Positions 41,501-53,385 of a stretch of 64,000 bases of DNA are shown here, piece after piece. Origin of the DNA: Eledone cirrhosa (lineage: Eukaryota). The stretch is from NCBI GenBank assembly GCA_964016885.1, contig OZ024747.1, positions 36,270,001-36,334,000 on the forward strand, written 5' to 3'. Positions within the stretch are counted from its first letter, which is position 1. Every line of letters starts with the position of its first letter. A model generated the notes under the pieces. The model worked only from the letters and a program-made list of their open reading frames with translations. It was not told the origin of the DNA and did not search any database. A program made the position numbers and the translations under genes.

Positions 41501-42415
41501 GGATGTCCAAGGAGGAAATAACATCAAGGAGGAAGAGCAGCCTTAAGGGAAAATCCCTTCATAGTACCTTCTTTGAGAAAACTGAATTTAGAGATCCACA
41601 GACATGGAACTGGTTGAGAAGAGGAGACCTCAAAAAGGCTACAGAAGGAATGCTAATGGCTGCGCAGGAGCAGGCCCTCAAAACGAAGTGGTTGAAGCAC
41701 CACATCTACAAGGAGGAGGCTAGCCCACTGTGCAGGATCTGTGGAGAGAGAGAGGAGACGGTGGCTCACATTGTGTCCGAGTGTAAACACCTAGCCCAGA
41801 CCCACTATAAGGGCTGGAGACACGATGTGATGGGCAGGGTGATCCACTGGCACCTGTGCAAAGTAAACAATTTACCACATTCTGAGAAATGGTATGAGCA
41901 TAGTCCAGAGGCGGTGATGGAGAACAATCAGGTGAAGGTGCTGTGGGATTTTAGGATACAGACGGACAAAAAACTGGAACACAATAGACCTGACCTGGTG
42001 GTTGTGGACAAAGAAAAAAGAACGTGTCTGATTGTGGATGTAGCCTGCCCGTTCGACACGAGATTGCAAGAGAAGGAGAGGGAGAAAATTAACCGATACC
42101 AGGACCTAAAGTGGGAGGTGAAAAGGATTTGGAACTGCCATGAAGTCAAAGTGATCCCGATTGTCATAGGCGCACTGGGGACTATCTCCAAAAGTTTCCA
42201 GGGATGGTTAAAGAAAATCGGCCCCTTCACGCTTTTTGGAACGCTTCAAAAGGCATGCTTGCTTGGAACAGCAAGAACCCTCCGATACGTCCTGAATATC
42301 TGAGGCTGCAGGTAGTGGCTTGATATTCAATCCAACGGACTTTCCAGTTAACCAACATCAATGACTGAGATTCAAGGAATAACAACAACAATAATAATAA
42401 TAATAATAATAATAA
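38500..42415 (+). mobile_element. R4/Dong-type family A element, full-length (A1)
   Basis: 5' UTR shared with 53381-53720, single long ORF, ~75-nt 3' UTR, (CAA/TAA)n tail. Confidence 0.97.
38920..42303 (+). CDS. Intact 1127-aa R4/Dong-type protein: putative Myb-like N-terminus, RT, CCHC knuckle, restriction-like endonuclease
   Basis: YRPITCL, WIDYRKAFD, GIFQGDSLSP, HLLFMDDLKLF, YKYLG, CRICGEREETVAHIVSEC, RHD, RPDLVVVD..IVDVA..EKINRY. Confidence 0.97.
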   Translation: METRTSCDRLSPNRCPLAQQQEPDCQPNTADVGVRRRRKGARTNWTKELNRTVMQCYLKSNPKERGYRRRMHNIWNEIGLFKLDEQKLAGQARVIRTNGWISELELEELSRENGLEMAGVVCQTSEPVGNEGEEVLRTEEPPEADNDLNTEINNTWNRDTATEEMNADGLGQDSVDILNLVVDELNNDSGRPMNLRFVDRKKLKETTAKVNKVIPYLEARSLHQCNNILKATANTVRKLLGIKVRGNNRQERAEPWWKRRLSGQIGEMRNDIGKLESLLNGTLKNIGTKNRLEIKYKTRRKKLNIIIEELKQRIVAKSAKIRRYENRVSQYKQNRMFDNNQKMLFGQLEGKERGNDLIPGAEQTKTFWRGIWEQDVRHNAQAGWIETVQREIGEQAQQQTDLSITVETLKGQAKKLTNWKSPGPDGVQGYWIKHLTSLHPKLAAMFNDCLVSGEVPEWLTKVTTVLIMKDRIKGNDVTNYRPITCLSVMWKLLTSIVSEEIYHHLHTNNLLPDEQKGCRKKSRGTKDQLLIDKMVMGNCRRRHTDLAMGWIDYRKAFDMVPHSWITKSLEIFRVADNIRQLLGRSMGSWETELTSTGVSLGSVKMKRGIFQGDSLSPLLFVLALMPLTIMLRKVRAGYKLGRGELTINHLLFMDDLKLFGKSEKELDVLVDTVRIFSSDICMQFGIGKCGVIVMKRGRLSRSNGIQIPTGEMIKEIDSEEGYKYLGVLEADGIKNKKMKELLRTEYIRRVRSVLKSHLNSRNAISAVNSRAVSINRYSAGILRWNVAEQKEMDRKTRKLLTIYNMFHKRSDVDRLYLRRSEGGRGLISIEDCVQMEKNNLYKYVTYSKEPTVLKEGTVGQGMSKEEITSRRKSSLKGKSLHSTFFEKTEFRDPQTWNWLRRGDLKKATEGMLMAAQEQALKTKWLKHHIYKEEASPLCRICGEREETVAHIVSECKHLAQTHYKGWRHDVMGRVIHWHLCKVNNLPHSEKWYEHSPEAVMENNQVKVLWDFRIQTDKKLEHNRPDLVVVDKEKRTCLIVDVACPFDTRLQEKEREKINRYQDLKWEVKRIWNCHEVKVIPIVIGALGTISKSFQGWLKKIGPFTLFGTLQKACLLGTARTLRYVLNI

Positions 42416-45400
42416 GGGAAGAAGACGCACGTGGTTGTAGAAGGTCATAAAATCGCTCCCGTAAGTTTTTGATTTTTAACATATTGAAATCAATTGTGAA
42501 ATAACAATTCTTAGTACAAATGGTGCATAAAGCACCGAATCAAGTGTCATAAAAATTCGGATCCATAAAATATTCTTATATCGCTCAAATATTCAATTTT
42601 GTATTATACATTTTATATTCAAAAAAGTAAATGGTTATAAATGCAAGAAAACCCCCTCTGTCTACACTATATACAACAGCCAAATAACAGCAATTTCACC
42701 AACACCAGAAACTAGATACACCACCTACCCCTTCACCCCGCTTTGTACACTAAATACAACTGCCAGATAACGGCAATTTCACCACCACCACCACCACCGA
42801 TCCAAGCATCATAATAATAATTACTATTATTATTGTCTCAAGTTTTAACAAAATGTTTAATTCCAATATTATGTTAATACAAACGCATAGTTACTACTGA
42901 TCAAACAAAACAACAGTCTATTTAACAAAACTCAGTAACGACAACGCCACTGCCGCCACCACTCCATCCATCATTGCTACCACTATCCCATCACCGCCGC
43001 CACCACTCCTTCATTGCTACCACCACTATTCCCCCTTACCTTCTGTTAACTTAAGAAAGGGGAAGGTGGCGGTATCACTAGACAAGGGAGAGGCTAGCAA
43101 AGGATATAAATAGATTGACTTAGTGACCCGGCCACCGGCCAAACATCCACAATTATGGCACTGCTGGCTCCCCCCTTCCCCACCAACAATATAAAAAGCC
43201 CCAGCACCACCACCGACATAGCCAACAACAATAACAGGCAACTCCAGCAAAAAGTATATTATATTATTGTAATGCACTGGGTAATTGCTGGCCTTGTGCC
43301 TGGAGTGAAGACAATTATTAATAATTTCATTCTTAAGCCACGCAATGCTCACATTAAGGAACCACTCATGATAATAACAATTTAAAAAAACAACAAAAAA
43401 GAAAACCCGTGACCAAGAAATACCGGGATGGCGGCCGGCGGGGAATAACCGTGTCTCTAGGGGAGAACGACCCCTCTAGTCTTGGTTGACACTCGTTCTA
43501 GAAGTGGTAACACGAAATGATTTCCCCTTGGCGGATAAGGATAAAACGCGACAAAATAAAGTAACTGTCTAATGATAAAATCTCATACCGGATCGGCCGT
43601 CACCCTGATAAAAAAGAGCCGCGTCCTTCAGAGAGGAACCAGACTGGGTCGAAAAATCAGCTAATGGTTCAAACCTTCCCATCACTTCGGAGCTGGAGAC
43701 CTCCAATAACCGGAATACACCTACTGTTGGCCCTCCATGCTCACCACCAAGAAATCAAAAGAAAAAGAGAGAAAATTGGTAAAGGGAAGATAATAAAGAA
43801 ATCCTTGAGGCTTTCTACACTGCCATGTACTACACATCAAATACATCAAATACAGAACAGACATATATCAACTGGAAAAAGAAACATCCCGAATACAGAG
43901 GCTATATTGACAGTAACAAACTAGCCAATATACGAAGAAATATTGTAAAAAAAAAGTTACTAACTGATATAGAAATTGATCAGATCAAGCTATTAGCACC
44001 AAGTCAGCGAAGGGAAAATGAAACATGTGTCAGTGAAAACGAGGTAAATTGTAACACTTCGAATCCCAGGGTTGGGGCGGAATCACAGAAAACAGAACAA
44101 ATTAAAGAAAGGATCGAAAAAGTGAAGGGAGTGCATGCTAAAGATGAAACTCCAAATGTAAACAATGAGATCGTAAATGATAAAGAAATGAATGAGAATG
44201 AACTTGCCAACTTGAAGGATGAAATTATGATCGAATGGATGAAAATGAAAGAATCTGACATGGGGGAACGAGATACCCTCCCTAAGATCCAGAACTCCAA
44301 ACAGAACCAAAAGATAATACGCAAGACTAATATAATTATCAAAAACATTATCATCACAAACAAACTAAACATTATTTATTTAAATCATCTCTATTATGCA
44401 TCGGCTAAGGTCACTACTCACTTATGTTGAGTGAGAGATGAAAAAACAAAGGAATTCCCACAAGAAATCTACTTGGCAAGAGAACATCAATCGCCAAATA
44501 AACCTTCTCCGATCTGACATAGAAATTTTAAAAAACTATAAAGTAGGTGAACATGTTAAACAAACTAAACTTAAAAAATTGAAAAGAAAGTACAGTATAA
44601 AACCAACAAGTGACATAGGCATGCTGATAGAAATAATCAAGCAAAAAGTGTCGGCCAAAGCTGCTCGTATAAGGCGCTTTGAAAAACGATCTAGATTCTA
44701 TAAGGACAATAATATGTTCAAAAGCAACCAAAGAAACTTCTACAGAAAAATTGGTAAGTCAACAATAAGTGCAACCAAGAAGGAAGTGCAAGCATTCTGC
44801 GAAAAGATCTGGGCCGAGGAAAAAGTTCATAATATACATGCCCCGTGGATAGACGGAAAAATGAAAGATACGGCTCACCTTGAGGAACAAATATGGGAAA
44901 ATATAACAGTTGAACAGTTGCTCTACGAAAAACCAGCAAATGGAAATCCCCAGGAAAAGACAAAATACAAAACTTTTTGGATAAATGCCTTCACAGAATC
45001 TCATGAGCTGTTAGCCCAAATTTACAATGAAATAGTTAAGGAGCCAGAAAAGATACCATCATGGCTAGTTAACGGCATTACATTCCTGCTTCCGAAGAAC
45101 GATGAGACGAACAATCCCAAAAATTACAGAACGATAACTTGCTTGACCACAATGTATAACATTTTAACATCAGTCCTAACTCAATATACATATGACCACC
45201 TGATAACAAATGACCTATTTCCCATTGAGCAAAAAGGGTGTAAACGAGGCTCATATGGCTGTAAGGATCAGCTTTTGGTTAACAAAATGATACTGGAAGA
45301 TTGTCATAATAGACACAAAAATCTATCAATTGCTTGGAAAGATTATAAAAAAGCATTCGATAGTTTTCCACACAGTTGGATTGAAAAATGTTTAGAGATT

Positions 45401-47200
45401 TTCAAAATATCCCCCATTGTCAGGAGGTTTTTGTCATTCAGTATGAAGACATGGAAAACGATACTCCTTTTGAATAGTGAAACAAAATCACTGGAAGCTG
45501 GAGAAGTTAATATTAATTGTGGAATTTTTCAGGGTGACTCTTTATCACCGCTTTTATTCTGCATCGCACTTATACCATTAAGTAAAATGCTCAATGAAAC
45601 AAAACATGGATATAAAGTCTATGACAAAACTATTAATCACTTGTTCTACGTGGATGACCTGAAACTATTTGCAAAAAATGATGAACAATTGCAAGGGCTA
45701 TTATCCACTGTGGAGCAGTTCAGTGATGACATTAAAATGGAGTTTGAACTAGATAAATGCGCCAAAGCAACGTTCACCAGAGGAAAGCTGCTGAAAAGTT
45801 CAGACATTAATCTTGATCGAGGGAATGTGATAAGAGAACCTGATCAAGAAAAACTTACAAATATCTAGGTGTTTGTGAAGGAGACGGAATCAAGCACTCG
45901 ACAATGAGGGAAAGGATAAGGAAGGAATGTTACCGCAGAGTAAGAGCAATCTTAAAAACGGAATTAAATACAAGGAATAGCATCGATGCCATAAACACGC
46001 TTGCCATACCAGTAGTAACCTACAGTTACAATGTCATCAACTGGTCAAGCACAGAGATCCGTAGACTCGATACAAAAATTAGAAAATTGTTAACCATGCA
46101 CAGAATGCATCACCCTAAGGCAGATACAAATAGAATATATCTCCCTAGGAAAGAAGGAGGACTTAGGTTAATCCAGTTAGACATTGCGTTGAAAACTGCA
46201 ACAATTGGATTATCTACATATCTAAGGGAATCACATGATTGGATGATCAAACTCGTTTTGAAACACGAAAGCATCAAAAGATCATACTCCATTACAAAAG
46301 ATGCACAAAGATACAGTAATGGACTACACATTTCAGAAGTCCCATTTACTGCTGAAATGGAAAACACAGAAAAAGCAAAGCAGGTAAAAGTAACTGCAAA
46401 GAAAGAACTGCTACAGAAACTGGTTAAGAAATGGCAAGAAAAGCCTCGGTATGGAAAATACCCAGAACGAGCTAACAATCCTGATGTTGACAAAACTTTG
46501 ACCATATAATTTCAATGTGCACCTATAGCTCCAACCGAATACCTAAACAGGCATGACAGAGCTGCACAATACATACATTGGATAATGTGTAAGCATTTTG
46601 ACCTGCCACATCAAAGAATTGGTGGGAGCATCAACCACCTCCCATACTTGAAAAAGATCACATCTCAATCTTGTGGAACTTCAGCATCCAAACAGACCGA
46701 AAAATAGATGCAAATAGACCTGATATAATATTGAAGGACTTTAAAAAGAGGGTATGCCTGCTAATTGATATGTCCGTTCCAATAGACAAGAATGTATCTA
46801 TAAAAACATTTGAAAAATTGAGCAAGTATAAGGACCTGGAGATAGAAATTGGAAAAATGTGGGAATTGAGAACTAAAACAATACCAGTGGTTGTAGGCGC
46901 TCTGGGAATGATACCTAAGGGGTCTAACGACTACTTATCGCAAATCCCAGGAAACCCGCGTATAGGAGAAATACAAAAGATAGTACTAATGGGAACTGCC
47001 CATATACTAAGGAAGATCCTGTCAATATAAGTACATCACAAGTCTAAACACTAAGGATGCATGTGTGAATATGTATGTTCTTTCTTGAACATGGCGGACC
47101 TTGTTGTCTCTTGAGGTCACTGGTTGTGACTTGGTGATAACTCGTATGAACATAAAGCAAGATAAATGCAACTGTAATAATAATAATAAGAAGAAGAATA
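42416..47200 (+). mobile_element. Module X plus family B element (B1), with frameshifts and an internal deletion at ~46505
   Basis: ORF pieces 43825-44430, 44438-45868 (GIFQGDSLSP, FYVDDLKLF), 45904-46509, 46671-47030; TAA/GAA tail. Confidence 0.96.
43406..43535 (+). ncRNA. Candidate multi-pseudoknot RNA in the family B 5' UTR (second copy near 48180-48309)
   Basis: Complementary pairs GACCAAGA/TCTTGGTT, GTGTC/GACAC, GGGG/CCCC, AGAACGA/TCGTTCT, GGGGAA/TTCCCC. Confidence 0.6.
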
Positions 47201-47201
47201 A

Positions 47202-50200
47202 GGGAAGAAGACGCACGAGGTGGTAGAAGGTCATGAAATCGCTCCCGTAAGTTTTTGATTTTTAACATATTTAAATCAATTGTGAAATAACAATTCTTAG
47301 TACAAATGTTGCATAAACCACCGAGTCAAACCCCATCAAATTTAGGATCCATATTATATTGTTATATCGCTCAAATATTCAATTTTGTATTGTACATTTT
47401 ATATTCAAAAAAAAAAATGGTTATAAATGGAAGAAAACACCCACTGTCTACACTATATAGAACAGCCAAATAACAGCAATTTCACCAACACCAGAAACTT
47501 GATACACCACCTACCCCCATCACACTAAGTATAACAGCCAGATAACGGCAATTTCACCACCACCACCACCAATCCGAGCATCATAATAATAATTACTATT
47601 ATTATTGTCTCAAGTTTTTTTTAAATGTTTGATCCCAATTTTACGGGAATATGTCAACACAATATATATTAAACATACGCGGCACACACTCATATATACT
47701 ACATATCACAAAACTCAGTAACGTCAAAGCCACCGCCGCCACCACCCCACCCCATCCATCATTGCTACCACTATCCCACTCCTTCATTGCTACCACCACT
47801 ATTGCCCTGTTAACTTGAGAGAGAAAGGGGAAGGTGGCGGTATCACTAGACAAGGGAGAAGCTAGAAAAATATATAAATAGATTGAATTAGTGACCTGGC
47901 CACCGGCCAAACGTCAACATCAACAACTATGGCACTGCTAGCTCATCCCTTCCTCACCAACAATATAAAAATCCCCTACACCACCACCGACATAGCCAAC
48001 AACAATAACAGGCAACTTCAGCAAAAAGTATATTATATTATTGTAATGGACTGGGTGATTGCTGGCCTTGTGCCTGGAGTGGAGACAATTATTAATAATT
48101 TCATTCTTAAGCCACGCAATGCTCACATTAAGGAACCACTCATGATAATAACAATTAAAAAAAACAACAAAACGAAAACCCCGTGACCAAGAAATACCGG
48201 GATGGCGGCCGGCGGGGAATAACCGTGTCTCTAGGGGAGAACGACCCCTCTAGTCTTGGATGACACTCGTTCTAGAAGTGGTAACACGAAATGATTTCCC
48301 CTTGGCGGATAAGGATAAAATGCGACAAAATAAAGTAAATGTCTAATGATAAAATCTCATACCGGATCGGCCGTCACCCGGGTAAAAAAGGGCCGCGTCC
48401 CTCAGAGAGGAACCAGACTGTTCAAACCTTCCCATCACTTCGGAGCTGGAGACCTCCCATAACCGGAATACTCCTACTGTTGGCCCTCCATGCTCACCAC
48501 CAAGAAATCACAAGAAAAAGAGAGAAAATTGGTCAAGGGAAGATAATAAAGAAGTCCTTGAGGCTTTCTACACTGCCATGTACTACCCATCAAATACATC
48601 GAATACAGAACAGACATATATCAACTGGAAAAAGTAATATCCCGAAAACAGGGGCTATATTGACAGCAACAAACTAGCCAATATACGAAGAAATATTGTA
48701 AGAAAAAAGTTACTAACTGATATAGAAATTGATCAGATCAAGCTATTAGCACAAAGTCAGCGAAGGGAAAATGAAACATGTGTCAGTGAAAACGAGGTAA
48801 ATTGTAACACTTCGAATCCCAGTGTTGGGGCGGAATTTCTGGCAACTGAACAAATTAAAGAAAGGATCGAAAAAGTGGAAGGAGTGCATGCTTAAGATGA
48901 AACTCTAAATTAAAATAATGAGATCGTAAATGATAAAGAAATGAATGAGAATGAACTTGCCAACTTGAAGGATGAAATTATGATCGAATGGATGAAAAGG
49001 AAAGAATCTGACATGGGGCAACGAGACACCCTCCCTAAGATCCAGAACTCCAAACAGAACCAAAAGATAATACACAAGACTAACATAATTCTCAAAAACA
49101 TTATCATCACAAACAAACTAAACATTACTGATTTAAATCATCTCTATTATGCATCGGCTAAAGTAAACACTCACTTATGTGGATTGAAGATGAAGAAACA
49201 AAGGAATTCCCACAAGAAATCTAATGGCAAGAGAACATCAACCGCCAAATAAACCTTCTCCGATCTGACATAGAAATGTTAACAAACTATAAATTAGGTG
49301 AACATGTTAAACAAACTAAACTTAGAAAATTGAAAAAAAGTACAGTATAAAATCAACAAGTGACATAGACATGCTGATAGAAATAGTCAAACAACAAGTG
49401 TCGGCCAAAACTGCTCGTATAAGGCGCTTTGAAAAACGATCTAGATTCTATAAGGACAATAATATGTTCAAAAACAACCAAAGAAACTTCTACAGAAAAA
49501 TTGGTAAGTCAACAATAACTGCTAAATCAATACCACCCAAGGAGGAAGTGCAAGAATTCTGGGAAAAGATCTGGGCCGAGGAAAAAGTTCATAACATACA
49601 TGTCCCATGGATAGACAGACAAATGAAAGATACAGCTCACCTTGAAGAACAAATATGGGAAAATATAACAGTTGAACAGTTGCGCTTGGCTCTAAGAAAA
49701 ACCAGCAAATGGAAATCCCCAGGAAAAGACAAAATACAAAACTTTTGGCTAAATGCCTTCACAGAGTCTCGTGAGCTGTTAGCCCAACTTTACAATGCAA
49801 TAGTTAAGGAGCCAGAAAAGATACCATCATGGCTAGTTAACGGCATTACATTCCTGCTTCCGAAGAATGATGAGACAAACAATCACAAAAATAACAGACC
49901 GATAACTTGCTTGACCACAATGTATAAAATTTTAACATCAGTCCTAACTGAATACACATATGACCACCTGATAACAAATGACCTATTTCCAATTGAGCAG
50001 AAGGGTGTAAACGAGGCTCATATGGCTGTAAGGATCAGCTTCTGGTTAACAAAATGATACTGGAAGATTGTTATAATAGACACAAAAATCTATCGATTGC
50101 TTGGATAGATTATAAAAAAAGCATTCGATAGTTTGCCACACAGTTGGATTGAAAAATGTTTAGAGATTTTCAAAATATCCCCCGTTGTCAGGAGGTTTTT

Positions 50201-52129
50201 GTCATTCAGTATGAAGACATAGAAAACGACACTCCTTTTGAATAGTGAAACGAAATCACTGGAAGCTGGAGAAGTTAATATTAATTGTAGAATTTTTCAG
50301 GGTGACTCTTTATCACCGCTTTTATTCTGCATCGCACTTATACCATTAAGTAAAATGCTCAATGAAACAAAACATGGATATAAAGTCTATGACAAAACCA
50401 TTAATCACTTGTTCTACATGGATGACCTGAAACTATTTGCAAAAAATGATGAACAATTGCAAGGTCTATTATCCACTGTGGAGCAGTTCAGTGATGACAT
50501 TAAAATGGAGTTTGGACTAGACAAATGCGCCAAAGCAACGTTCACCAGAGGAAAGCTGCTGAAGAGTTCAGACATTAATCTTGATCGGGGGAACGTGATA
50601 AGAGAATTTGATCAAGAAAAAACTTACAAATATCTAGGTGTTTGTGAAGGAGACGGAATCAAGCACTCGACAATGGGGTAAAGGATAAGGAAGGAATGTT
50701 ACAGCAGAGTAAGAGCAATCTTAAGAACGGAATTGAATGCAAGGAATAGGATCGATGCCATAAACACGCTTGCCATACCAGTAGTAACCTACAGTTACAA
50801 TGTCATCAACTGGTCAAGCACAGAGATCCGTAGACTCGATACAAACATTAGAACATTCTTAACCATGCACAGAATGCATCACCCTAAGGCAGATATAGAT
50901 AGAATATATCTCCCTAGGAAAGAAGGAGGACGTGGGTTAATCCAGTTAGACATTGCGTTGAAAACTGCAACAATTGGATTATCTACATATCTAAGGGAAT
51001 CACATGATTGGATGATCAAACTCGTTTTGAAACACGAAGGCATCAAAAGATCATATTCCATTACAAAAGATGCACAAAGTTACAGTAATGGACTACAAAT
51101 TTCAGAAGTCCCATTTACTGCTGAAATGGAAAACACAGAAAAAGCAAAGCAGGTAAAAGTAACTGCAAAGAAAGAACTGCTACAGAAACTGGCTAAGAAA
51201 TGGCAAGAAAAGCCTCTGTATGGAAAATACCCAGAGCGAGCTAACAATCCTGATTTTGACAAAACTTCAACCCATCAGTGGTTGGCATCCTCTGGACTGA
51301 AATCGGAGACTGAAGGACTGATTATATCAGCACAAGATCAGTGTCTGCCAACAAAAAATTACCAAGCCAACATAGTAAAAAATGGATGCAGCCCATTATG
51401 CCGTGTATGCAAAAAACAACCAGAGACCATTGACCATATAATTTCAATGTGCAGTCCTATAGCTCCAACCGAATACCTAAACAGGCATGACAAAGCTGCA
51501 CAATACATACATTGGATAATGTGTAAGCATTTTGACATGCCCCATCAAAAGAATTGGTGGGAGCATCAACCACCTCCCATACTTGAAAAAGATCACATCT
51601 CAATCTTGTGGAACTTTAGCATCCAAACAGACCGAAAAATAGATGCAAATAGACCTGATATAATATTGAAAGACTTCAAAAAGAGGGTATGCCTGCTAAT
51701 TGATATGTCTGTTCCAATAGACAAAAATGTATCTATAAAAACATTTGAAAAATTGAGCAAGTATAAGGACCTGGAGATAGAAATTGGAAAAATGTGGAAA
51801 TTGAGAACTAAAACAATACCAGTGGTTGTAGGCGCTCTGGGAATGATACCTAAGGGGTCTAATGATTACTTATCGCAAATCCCAGGAAACCTGCGTATAG
51901 GAGAAATACAAAAGATAGTACTAATGGGAACTGCCCATATACTAAGCAAGATTATGTCAATATAAGTACATCACAAGTCTAAACACTAGAGATGCATGTG
52001 TGAGTATGTATGTTCTTTCTCGAACATGGCGGACCTTGTTGTCTCTTGAGGTCACTGGTTGTGACTTGGTGATAACTCGTATGAACATAAAGCAAGATAA
52101 ATGCAGCTGTAATAATAATAATAATAATA

Positions 52130-52157
<28 letters not shown>
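47202..52157 (+). mobile_element. Module X plus family B element (B2), full-length but disrupted; ancestral ORF about 48339-51965
   Basis: ATG at 48339 joins the Myb-like frame when the segment preserved in the 35342 copy is restored; FYMDDLKLF, CCHC and RLE present. Confidence 0.96.
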
Positions 52158-52160
<3 letters not shown>

Positions 52161-53347
52161 AGCGCAGTAAATTCCCGAGCTGTGTCTATTATTAGGTACA
52201 GTGCGGGAATTCTGAGATGGAATGTTGCTGAACAAAAAGAAATGGATAGGAAGACTAGGAAGCTATTGACTATCTGCAACACGTTCCACAAGAGGAGTGA
52301 TGTCGATAGACTCTACCTAAGGAGATCTGAGGGTGGAAGAGGTCTTATCAGCATAGAGGACTGTGTTCAGATGGAGAAAAACAACCTATACAAATACGTG
52401 ACCTATAGTAAGGAGCCAATGCTCAGAACTGTACTGAAGGAGGGGACAGTAGGCCAGGGGATGTCCAAGGAGGAAATAACATCAAGGAGGAAGAGCAGCC
52501 TTAAGGGAAAATCCATTCATAGTACCTTCTTTGAGAAAACTGAATTTAGAGATCCACAGACATGGAACTGGTTGAGAAGAGGAGACCTCAAAAAGGCTAC
52601 AGAAGGAATGCTAATGGCTGCGCAGGAGCAGGCCCTCAAAACGAAGTGGTTGAAGCACCATATCTACAAGGAGGAGGCTAGCCCACTGTGCAGGATCTGT
52701 GGAGAGAGAGAGGAGACTGTGGCTCACATTGTGTCCGAGTGTAAACACCTAGCCCAGACCCACTATAAGGGCTGGAGACACGATGTGATGGGCAGGGTGA
52801 TCCACTGGCACCTGTGCAAAGTAAACAATTTACCACATTCTGAGAAATGGTATGAGCATAGGCGAGAGGCGGTGATGTAGAACAATCAGGTGAAGGTGCT
52901 GTGGGATTTTAGGATACAGACGGACAAAAAACTGGAACACAATAGACCTGACCTGGTGGTTGTGGACAAAGAAAAAAGATCGTGCCTGATTGTGGATGTG
53001 GCCTGCCCGTTCGACACGAGAGTGCAAGAGAAGGAGAGGGAGAAAATTAACCGATACCAGGACCTAAAGTGGGAGATGAAAAGGATTTGGAACTGCCATG
53101 AAGTCAAAGTGATCCCGATTGTCATAGGCGCACTGGGGACTATCTCCAAAAGTTTCCAGGGATGGTTATAGAAAATCGGCCCCTTCACGCTTTTTGGAAC
53201 GCTTCAAAAGGCATGTTTGCTTGGAACAGCAAGAACCCTCCGATACGTCCTGAATATCTGAGGCTGCAGGTAGTGGCTTGATATTCAATCCAACGGACTT
53301 TCCAGTTAACCAACATCAATGACTGAGATTCAAGGAATAACAATAAC

Positions 53348-53380
<33 letters not shown>
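52158..53380 (+). mobile_element. Family A, 5'-truncated copy (A2)
   Basis: Matches 41210-42380; in-frame stops; TAA tail. Confidence 0.96.

Positions 53381-53385
<5 letters not shown>

Noticed and set aside
39117-42230. Antisense ORFs recurring in family A and B copies
   Set aside because: Shadows of the sense ORF repeated in near-identical copies.
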